Below are positions 22,410 through 31,874 of a stretch of DNA of 31,874 bases, in pieces. Within the stretch, counting starts at the first letter, position 1. Each line of letters begins with the position of its first letter. The stretch is taken from contig NW_021832163.1 in NCBI RefSeq assembly GCF_006345805.1, positions 1 to 31,874 of the forward strand, in the 5' to 3' direction. The notes beneath the pieces were generated by a model. That model saw nothing but the letters and a program-made list of their open reading frames with translations. It searched no databases and was not told the DNA's origin. This stretch comes from Octopus sinensis (taxonomy: Eukaryota). The position numbers were made by a program, and so were the translations under genes.

Positions 22410-23092
22410 ATCCTTCCCGAGTCATGCAGACGCATAAGGGCGTATAAATTCTCCACCTGGACAGGATGCCAGTCCGTCGCAGTATTATTTATTTTTGCCA
22501 GCTGATTGGACTGGAGCCACGTGAAATGAAGTGTTTTGCTCAAGAACACGACACGTCACCCAGTCCATTCACCTCGTATAAACAAGTAATCCTGTGACGG
22601 ACCGTCGTCTCTTCCTGGTGGGGAAACCGGGAAACCGGCCCTTATGAGTCTGTATGATTGCAACTTAACTTTAACATTCCTTTTCGTACACTAGAGCTAG
22701 AACTTGAAAACAGTCATCGATGGACAAACCACAATCTTACTATCATGTGGAGGCACATGGCCTAGTGGTTAGAGCAGCGGACTCCCGGTCGAGGAATCAC
22801 GGGTTCGAATCTCAGACCGGGCGATGTGTGTGTTTATGAGCGAAACACCTCAACTCCACACGGCTCCAGCAGAAGGTAATGGCGAACGTCTGCTGACTCC
22901 TTTGCCACAACTTTCTCTCACTCTTTCCTCCTGCATCTTGCAGCTCACCTGCGACGGACCGGCGTCCCGTCCAGATGGGGAACCTATACGCTAAGGAAAC
23001 CGGGAAACCGGCCCTTATGAGCCAGGCGTGGCTCGAGAAGGAACAAACAATCTTACTATCATGTGTCTAATACTCGTACCACTAAGCCATGA
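22410..23092 (-). mobile_element. Host SINE (same family as 920-1125) split by two insertions
   Basis: Pieces 22410-22567, 22726-22749 and 23066-23092 rejoin to match 920-1125. Confidence 0.75.
22748..23050 (+). mobile_element. tRNA-derived SINE family E, full length with 19-bp TSD
   Basis: A-box TGGCCTAGTGG, B-box GGTTCGAATCT, ACAA tail; perfect repeat ACAATCTTACTATCATGTG at 22731-22749 and 23047-23065. Confidence 0.93.
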
Positions 23093-23304
23093 AACTCCAT
23101 TGTGTGGGACATGCCACGACGATAATCGCGTAGTAGTGGACCACCGTGGGGATTTTGATGTTACTTACTTACGCGTTACTTTTCGGGGACAGTCAATTTC
23201 TGAATGATTCTGTCTAACTTGCACGTGATCTCACCCCAGTTTCGCACCCAATCAAATCCAAAGCGGCTTAACCGTGAGTTTAATACGATCTTGATCGTGG
23301 CCCT

Positions 23305-23514
23305 CCATCAAGAGTTCCAGTTGATGCGGTCAACGGAACAGCTTGCTCGTGAAGTTAACGTGCAAGTGGCTGAGCACTCCACAGACACGTAGTTCTCGGG
23401 GGTGATTCAGCGTGGCACAGAGTGTGACAAAGCTGGCCCTTTAGAAATACAGGTACAACAGAAACAGGAAGACAGAGTGAGAAAAAGTTGTAGTGAATGA
23501 GTACAGCAGGGTTC
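23305..23514 (-). mobile_element. SINE family D-type 3' part
   Basis: Collinear with 4765-4910. Confidence 0.85.
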
Positions 23515-24045
23515 ATAAGGAAGCTAGAGGGCCAGAGGGAGGAGCCCATGCCCTGGACTGAAGACCCGGGACCCGTATTGGCCTCCGCTGGTGACTACGG
23601 AGGTCATATCGGATGTCGATATGTTCAGGGTGATGGACTCCTTCCCGAAGGACCAGTTTAGTTTCGCCTCCTGGGGCCCCGACCTGACGCTGGAGATTGC
23701 CTACGGGTGGCATACAGCCTGGTCGAGGTGGAAGGATAAAGAGGCTTTAGTGCCTAAATGTTTGTGATTGTGTGTAAGAGACTCAGCGCCTCAATTCGTA
23801 TTGGACTATTAAGTCCAGTAATTGTAACAACTAAAGTAAGAGGTTTAATACCTCGTTTTGTGTTTTTTCTTGTGTAAAAAAAAAAAAAAAGAATAATGTT
23901 TTAGAGAAGCAAAAAATCGGCGGGCGTGTTTTGTCTTCTCCCATCAATATCATCCTTTTTCCTAATTTTTTCGCATCAATGTTTTTGTCCAGCCCGCAAG
24001 CTACTCCCTCTGTGTCATGCCTTTATGGCAAAATTTTGAAATAAA
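23515..24045 (+). mobile_element. 5'-truncated retroposed fragment (L1/Tx1-like): ORF end, A-tract and 3' tail
   Basis: GC-rich stop-free frame 23528-23767 (..PGLKTRDPYWPPLVTTEV..AWSRWKDKEALVPKCL*), A15 at 23876-23890 and a pyrimidine-rich tail ending GAAATAAA. Family assignment is inference. Confidence 0.45.
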
Positions 24046-24420
24046 GTAGCTTGATTAATAACCACATGTTTCAGGGTTTAGTCCCACTGTGTGGTACCTT
24101 AGGCAAGTGTCCTCTACTATAGCCACGGGCCGTCCAAAGCCTTGTGAGTGGATTTGGTAGAGGGAAACTGATAGAAGCCTGTCGTATATATATTCATATA
24201 TATATATATATATATGTTTGCGTATATGTTTGTGTTTGCCCCCTTCCTCCACCGTCGCTTGACAAGCGATGTTGGTGTGTTTACGTCCCCGTTCGGCAAA
24301 AGAGACAGATAGAATAAGTACTAGGTTTACAAAGAATAAGTCCTGGGGTCAGTTTGTTCAACTAAAGGTGGTGCTCTAGCATGACCGCAGTCAGATGCTG
24401 AAACAAATTTAAGAAAAAAA
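24046..24420 (+). mobile_element. tRNA-derived SINE family C, nearly full length
   Basis: Collinear with 6455-6925; first about 20 nt of the head are missing. Confidence 0.88.
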
Positions 24421-24524
24421 AAAGAGAATGTATGCATATGCTATGAAAAATATGGGGGAGGGACGACATTGTTAGCTTGGCTAAAGACAAGAAAGGAAAG
24501 AGGACCCAAATTGATCTAAAGGTC

Positions 24525-25403
24525 CATGATCGTCATCATCAACATCATAATCATGGTTGTTATCATCATCGTGATCACGATCATCACTATCAGTATAGTC
24601 ACCATTACCATAATCATCTTTCTCTTCGTTATCACCTGTAACATTTTGCAAATAATACAATCAGCATCTGTATTGTCATCATCAAGATTTTTCCTCATCA
24701 TCCTTAATATCACTGTCTTCTTCATCGGCAAAACCGTCATCACCATAACCATCTTCCATTGCTATCTCCCCACTACTACCACCACCACCACCATCACCAC
24801 CGCTGCCATCATCAACATTACCATCACCACCACCACCACCACCACCACCACCACCACCACCACCACCACCACCACCACCACTATCAGCATCACCATCATC
24901 ATCATCATCAGCAGCATCATCATCATCATCATCACCACCACCACTATCAAATTCTTCATTTTCACCGTTATGAAGACTAGTAGAAGGGACCACAACAACA
25001 ACTGCCACTAAAACGGCAACAACAACAACAACAACAAGCTCAACAAGTTATAAGAGCAGCAACAAGAAAAACAACAACAACAACAACATCGGTAGGTATG
25101 AAAGAAGAAGACGCGAGACCAAGTATTCACATATCACAGATGATTGGAAGAGAATCACACAGGTGGAAGATATTACAAAAGGCAGACATTTTGAGAGAAT
25201 TGACAGAAGAACGTTAGAAAATGAAAAAAAAAAAAAGAAGAGAAAATGAAAATAAAATCGAAATCAAAACGTTAAAAAAAGTGGAAAACAATTAACAATA
25301 AATGAATAAATAAATAAATGAACAGAAATCAAATGTAAATCAATGAAAGGTTTATAAAACTGTGGAGAATGAACGTAGTGGAGGGAAGGCAATCATGATA
25401 ATA

Positions 25404-25467
<64 letters not shown>

Positions 25468-25487
25468 TAATAATAATAATAATAATG

Positions 25488-25536
<49 letters not shown>

Positions 25537-25691
25537 TAATAAAAATAATGATAATAATAACAATAATAATAATAATAATAATAATGATGATGATGATGAT
25601 GATGATAATAATAATAATAATAATAAAAATAATAATGATAACGATAATGATAATAATAATAATAACAATAATAATGATAATGATAATAATA

Positions 25692-25727
<36 letters not shown>

Positions 25728-25742
25728 TGATGATGATGATGA

Positions 25743-25775
<33 letters not shown>

Positions 25776-25853
25776 AATAATTATAATAATAATGATAACG
25801 ATAATGATAATAATAATAATAATGATACTGAAAATAATAATAATAATAATAAC

Positions 25854-25924
<71 letters not shown>

Positions 25925-26117
25925 TGATGATGATAATAATGCTGATGATAATAATAAAAACAATAACAACAACAACAGCAGCAGCAGCAACAACAAAACA
26001 ATAACAACAACAACAACGATAATGATAATCAATTTGAAATAAAGTTACAGTTAATGTAAATCTAACAGTTTTTCTTCTAAAAAAAGAGAATGACAACTAC
26101 CCAAAAGAAGGTATTGG

Positions 26118-26151
<34 letters not shown>

Positions 26152-26439
26152 AATAATAATAATGATGATGATGATGATGATGATGATTTCTTTAACAGCA
26201 ACAACAATGTTAAACGTGAAAATATTGGAAATAAACGAAAACAAGCAAAATGTGAAAAAAATGTTTTAAAAATATGGAAAAAAAAAAGGGAATAAACTCC
26301 ACACAAAAGAAATAAGACATTCTTATCAAAGTCATCATCATCGACAACACCTTCATGATCATCGTCATCATCGTCGTCATCGCGCTCCTCCTCATCATCG
26401 CCGTTATCGTCTTCTTCCTGTTCCTCCTACACGTTATCG

Positions 26440-26471
<32 letters not shown>

Positions 26472-26491
26472 GTCGTCGTCGTCGTCGTCGC

Positions 26492-26551
<60 letters not shown>

Positions 26552-26720
26552 TATCAATTCATCATCGTCGTCGTCGTCATCGTATCATCATTATCATCAT
26601 CGGCCTCTTCGTTGTCGTTGGCATTGTTCCTGTTGTCGTTATCGTTGCCACCGCCAACATCACTGTCATCATCATCGTCGTAGACGTCATTTTCATCGTA
26701 TTTGTCATCATCGTCATCGT
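24525..26720. repeat. Large compound trinucleotide microsatellite field (CAT/CAC/CAA/AAT/GAT/CGT)
   Basis: Direct reading; main blocks 24525-25090, 25393-26030, 26117-26186 and 26330-26720. Confidence 0.95.
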
Positions 26721-26842
26721 CTCTCACACTTCTACTGCGAAAGTAAATATATATATATGTGTATATATATAAACATACACACACAGAGAAATCTTATGTT
26801 TGTGTGCTGTGTATATATATGTATGTGTGTGGTTGTCTATGT

Positions 26843-26875
<33 letters not shown>

Positions 26876-27110
26876 ATATAATATATATATATATATTATA
26901 TATACACACACATATATGTGCGTGTGCGCATGTGTGTGTGTTTGTGTGTGTGTGTCTATGTGTGTATTTGAGTGGCTGTATATGTTTATGTATGTGTCTA
27001 TTGAAATATTAGGAACGAAAAGCTAAAAAAATATGAGAATTAACAAAAATGTGGATTATTTGAGCATCGTTTCTGTAAATTTGGCTTTTTTTTTTGCAAT
27101 TCTATTATTG

Positions 27111-27149
<39 letters not shown>

Positions 27150-27559
27150 CCATCACCGTCACCATCACCACAATCATCATCATCATTATCAGTTGTTACC
27201 GCAGCAGCGACGGTATTGTTAAATCAGTCCTTTGAAGTAAATTCGCTTGAATGCCACGTGTGACAGATATAACAATAGAGACTTGACATGAGAGGGTCAC
27301 TACACAGGATCACTACTACTTGTGGCTTTTATTTACATCAACCGAAAGAAACACATAACGATCTTGCTTTGTTTCGTTTCGTTTCGTTTCGTTTCGTTTT
27401 TTTCTCTCTCTCTGTTCAAGTTCTTCATAAATGATAAACGGTATTTCAGTCATTTCTTGTACGTATCGTATTGTATTATTACATTTTCACAGACTAAATC
27501 AATTGTACTTGTAGTTAAGACTTTCAGAATTTATTGTGTATGAACGTCCAGCTCTGTAC

Positions 27560-27622
27560 ATATATATATATATATATATCTTTTGTATCTGTAGTCTTCT
27601 TCTAAGTATACATACAAAATGT

Positions 27623-27713
<91 letters not shown>

Positions 27714-28031
27714 ATATAATATTTATATATAATATATATTTATATATATACATATAACATATATATATATATGATATAGTATATATATGATATATATGTA
27801 TATATAATTATATGTATATATATATGTATGTAGTATATGTATGTATATATATATATATATATAATATAAATATATGTATGTATATATATATATATGTGTG
27901 TGTGTATATATATCTACCTATCTATCTATCTATCTACTATATATAATAATATATATATGTATATTGTGATACACACACATACACACACAAATACACACAC
28001 GCACGCACGCACATACACACGCGAGCACACA

Positions 28032-28070
<39 letters not shown>
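27560..28070. repeat. (AT)n and (CA)n microsatellite field
   Basis: Direct reading. Confidence 0.95.
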
Positions 28071-28181
28071 AGAGGATGTGTTTGACAGTTGTAATGGATT
28101 CACCGTCAGTGATGATAACGGTGTCTATGTGTTTAGCAATTTTTCGATCACCTGAACAATATACGAGTTTTTGAATTTATA

Positions 28182-28358
28182 CGGCATGGTTGCGTGATTA
28201 TGAGGTTTGTTTTGTAACCAGTTAGTTTCGGGTTCAGTCCCGATGTGCGACATCGTGTGTAAGTGTTTTCTGCTATGCTGCCATACTGCCCCGCACTGAC
28301 CAATGTCCTGGGGTGGAATTTAGAAGATTGAAACTGTGTACTGTGTAGGAGCCGTTGT
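28182..28358 (+). mobile_element. SINE family C, degenerate 5' half
   Basis: GGGTTCAGTCCC..AAGTGTTTTCTGCTATG..GAAACTGTG matches family C. Confidence 0.7.
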
Positions 28359-28524
28359 AAATATTCATATATGTATGTATGTATGTATGTATGTTGTTAT
28401 GTATGTATGTATGTATGTCGGATGTATGGATGGATGGATGGATGGATATAATATATATATATATATAATATATATACATATATATATATATATGTATATA
28501 TATATGTATATATATATGTGTGTG

Positions 28525-28815
28525 TTATCGACTCTCTCCTTTACCTGTTTCCTCCATCCGTGGCGATGACAAACATTGCTCTCCCACTCAGCTTCCCGCA
28601 TTTTGCATGCTTTTAATGAGGACTTTACACAGTCCTTAAATCGCAGTCTTGGCTTCTGCCGGGGTCGCTTTCCACTAACAGGTACCCCATATAGCATATG
28701 TTTAGGGATCCTGCTATTATTGATTCTATCAATGTGCCCAGTCCCACCTAACCGGTGTTTGTGTACTATCGCATCAATATCGGCTTTCCTCAGCACCTGT
28801 GTATTTTGAGTTTTT
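28525..28815 (-). pseudogene. RTE-clade LINE ORF C-terminal fragment
   Basis: HRLGGTGHIDRINNSRIPKHMLYGVPVSGKRPRQKPRLRFKDCVKSSLKACKMREAEWESNVCHRHGWR matches the RTE/BovB-type C-terminal signature RLRWxGHVxRMxxxRIPKxxLYGEL..GKR..RPxLRxKD..WE..DRxxWR. Confidence 0.88.
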
Positions 28816-28865
28816 AAAGGTTCAGCCAACATACAGAATATGTCTCAGATATCTCTGATGGAAGC

Positions 28866-28940
28866 CATACATACATACATACATACATACATACATACAT
28901 ACATACATACATACATACATACATACATAATACATACATA
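28866..28940. repeat. (CATA)n microsatellite
   Basis: Direct reading. Confidence 0.97.
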
Positions 28941-29104
28941 CACACGCTACAGATGATCATGATATCTCGAATTATAAAAATATGTAAGACTTTCATAAGA
29001 TTTAAAGGATGATGGTTAAAACAAAATACTTTTCCTTTACAACCTCGTAACCATGTAGGTTGCCAGTCAAGATTAACTCTAAATTAAAAACGTAAAAGAG
29101 AGTA

Positions 29105-29587
29105 TACATACAAGATGTTATAGCTAGGATACTCTATAATGATATCCGTCGGAAGGATAACCTCAAGGACAAAGAAATAAGAACCCATAGTACGGTAGAA
29201 GCCATAGCCACTCATAATAAAAAGGAATACTGGTGGAATGTCCCAATTAAGACCTCAAAATAGAAGCAACACACACCTGATATAATGATTTGGGATAGAG
29301 AAGAGAAACTTTGTACTGTTGTGGAAATTAGCTGCCCAGCTGAAGATCAGTGAATAACTACGCTGAAGTATTGAGAATTCTATAGTTACTCTATCCAGAT
29401 TACAAGTTCACGTTTATACCTGTAAGTATTGGGGCCCCTGGGACATGTAACAAACTGCCTAAATACTAATCTTGAGAAATTAGGCTTCTCAAAACCAGAA
29501 AGGAGAAAGCTAATTCGAAGACTACAGATCCAATTCATCACTGTAACTGTAAAAATCTGTAAAACTTTCCAGAAGTTTATCATTTAA
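29105..29587 (+). pseudogene. Restriction-like endonuclease (RLE) domain of an R2-group (R4/Dong-like) non-LTR retrotransposon
   Basis: QDVIARILYNDIRRK..EYWWNVPIKTSK*KQHTPDIMIWDREEKLCTVVEISCPA / YAEVLRIL*LLYPDYKFTFIPVSIGA / LGHVTNCL..KICKTFQKFII*: RHD-like, PD..E and P-x-x-IGALG motifs; stops and frameshifts; not in the ORF track. Confidence 0.85.
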
Positions 29588-29800
29588 TTATATATTAGCA
29601 TGTCTAGATTTGCAACTATATGTATGAGAATACACAAACAAAGCAAAACATACAAATCTGCACATATACATACATATATACATACAAACAAAAATACCTT
29701 GTTGATTTTGAAATTCCAATGAAGGAGCCTTCGATCTAGGTTAGAAACCGGCTCTTTCTCTGTTGGCAAGAGATCTTGAAACTGAACAATGTCATACATA
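29588..29800 (+). mobile_element. 3' UTR of the RLE element; second copy at about 30143-30320
   Basis: Both copies share GAGAATACAC..AAATCTGCACATATACATAC..TGAAATTCCAATG..GATCTAGGTTAGAAACCGGCTCTTTCTCT.TTGGCAA. Confidence 0.75.
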
Positions 29801-30330
29801 ACTCGAAGCGACAAGTTACATATTAGGCCTTGGGGACTAGTTATCGAAAATACTATGAATACTATTTCCAACTTTGACGCCACAACTAACAACTTTGTTA
29901 AATAACTGGTTAATCTTCATATGAAATATCTGGAGGAGTTTTTTTATACAAGGTCATAGTGATTTCCGACTGAAAGTTGAATTTACCATGCAGACAGTTA
30001 CTACAACAATAAGGCTGGACACAACATCAACGATGCAACCGAAGAGCAGAATGAAAACAGCTCAACTGGTAAACAAATTCTTTCTAGCTGTAGAAACCAT
30101 AATAGAAGAAACTATGACTACAAAACCCATTTTTCTTGGACATGCATGAGAATACACGCATAAAAGGAAACATAAAAATCTGCACATATACATACGTACA
30201 TACAAAAATATCCTATTGATGTTGTTGAAATTCCAATGTAGGTGACCTAGATCTAGGTTAGAAACCGGCTCTTTCTCTATTGGCAAAACTTTTTGAAATA
30301 AAAGTGAATAAAGACATACATATATATGTG

Positions 30331-30370
<40 letters not shown>

Positions 30371-30519
30371 GTGTGAGTATCATTTATAATAGGATCAACA
30401 TAGCTGGAATCATTTGACTATTGATAGGTTGGGTCAGAGCCGACACAGGGCTGTACAACCAAAGTATTTGCACCGACACAGACTCCAAAATACACGGACA
30501 CAAACACACAGGCACATAC

Positions 30520-30940
30520 ACCACACACACACACACACACACACACAAGCCCGCCCGCACGCACGTGTTCATTAAACACATACGATATAACCATGAATGT
30601 CTTAGTGTATATATAAATGTGCATACACGAATATGTACATATGTATATACATTTATACACACATGCATATATATATATAATATATATGCACATGTATATA
30701 TATATATTGCGCGCGTTTATAATTATCTGTATAAGGTTTTAAATATGTATCTGGATCTAACATACATACGCACACACACACAAGCGCGCACGTACGCACA
30801 TGTGTTCCTGAATGCACACCATATAACCATGTCTGTCTTAGTGTATATATAAATATGCATCCACAAATATGTATATGTATATACATTTATACAAATGCAT
30901 ATATATATATATACATATATACACGACGTGAATTTATGTA
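30520..30940. repeat. Degenerate tandem duplication, period about 235 bp
   Basis: ATATAACCATG..TGTCTTAGTGTATATATAAAT..GTATATACATTTATACA occurs within 30546-30680 and 30781-30910. Confidence 0.8.
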
Positions 30941-30980
30941 CATATGTTAATAAACATATTTATGCATACACACACACGTG

Positions 30981-31016
<36 letters not shown>

Positions 31017-31839
31017 CTATCGCTATAAAGTTTCAAATATATATTTGTGTCTTATGTGTATACACACACATACACACACTTACACTCACATTTCTGGATA
31101 TATATATGTAAACACATATATGTATGTGTGAATGTATATATATATGTATGTTTGTATGTATGTATATAAATAGGAACTTTAATATCCGTAAGTCAGGCAT
31201 TGAAAGCAAATGAATAACATCGCTTAAAACATTTCGTATAATGAAGATATTCTTAAGTGTTTGTTACTGTTATTATTATTATTGTTGTTATCTTTATTAT
31301 TAATATAATCGTTCCTGTTGTTGTGTTGTTGTTGTTGTTGCTGTTGTTGTCGTTGCTGATGTCGTTGTATGAGTCAGCATTCTGAAGAACCAACCCAAGT
31401 AATCAAATAAACGGTTAATGGTTGGTCAAAGTTATTCTGAATTCGTAGAATATGGCTGAGTGAGCAGTTTTTCAGGTCAATAACCAAATATAAATAGTAC
31501 ACAAACATTTTCGCATGCACACACAATAATACGCACACGAACTCACTCACATGTACACACACACATGCACACATATTTTTAGAAAAATGTGTAAACAATG
31601 TTATGTACATAAGACAATATACACACACATATATAATATAATATACATGCATATAAATTTACACAGCTACGCGTAAAACGTTAAAAACAAACATGGAAAT
31701 ATGATTTTATATTACAGATACAGCGTGCATATACACAAAGACAAACATAGATATATATACATGCATGCATGCATGTATGTATATATGTATATATATATGT
31801 ATGTATGCATGTATGTATGTATATATGTATGGATTTACA

Positions 31840-31873
<34 letters not shown>

Positions 31874-31874
31874 T

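Noticed and set aside
22750-22825. tRNA gene (and similar heads at 362, 5060, 6000 and 20290)
   Set aside because: They continue into multi-copy SINE bodies, some with TSDs, and lack a clear acceptor stem and terminator.
24516-26909. Poly-I/H/Y/D/M ORFs up to 255 aa
   Set aside because: Translations of trinucleotide microsatellites, open in several frames on both strands.
28365-28832. 155-aa ORF as a host gene
   Set aside because: RTE LINE C-terminal remnant running into microsatellite.
29716-29760. Hammerhead ribozyme in the RLE element 3' UTR (CCAATGA...GAAACCGG)
   Set aside because: The core is not CUGANGA and stem geometry does not fit; it folds more simply as a hairpin.

Overview
AT-rich, repeat-dense eukaryotic (animal) non-coding DNA. 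The dense di/tri/tetranucleotide microsatellites and several tRNA-headed SINE families resemble a coleoid cephalopod (Octopus-like) genome; this is an inference from repeat composition, not a database result. No intact protein-coding gene, tRNA, rRNA or CRISPR array is supported, and nearly all ORF-track entries are microsatellite or SINE read-throughs. Recognisable content: about 20 SINE copies or fragments (several with 15-21 bp TSDs), decayed non-LTR retrotransposon pieces (RTE, R4/Dong-type RLE domain, L1/Tx1-like ORF1 with an eroded zinc knuckle), a Penelope-like fragment with a minimal hammerhead-like motif, a piggyBac-type MITE, a putative solo LTR and a fold-back hairpin. A 33-unit 90-bp tandem array (15963-18904) has expanded inside a dispersed repeat. 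The most notable signals are that array and a SINE subfamily that appears to insert at GGTAT, including into related SINE copies. SINE family letters A-F are labels local to this report.
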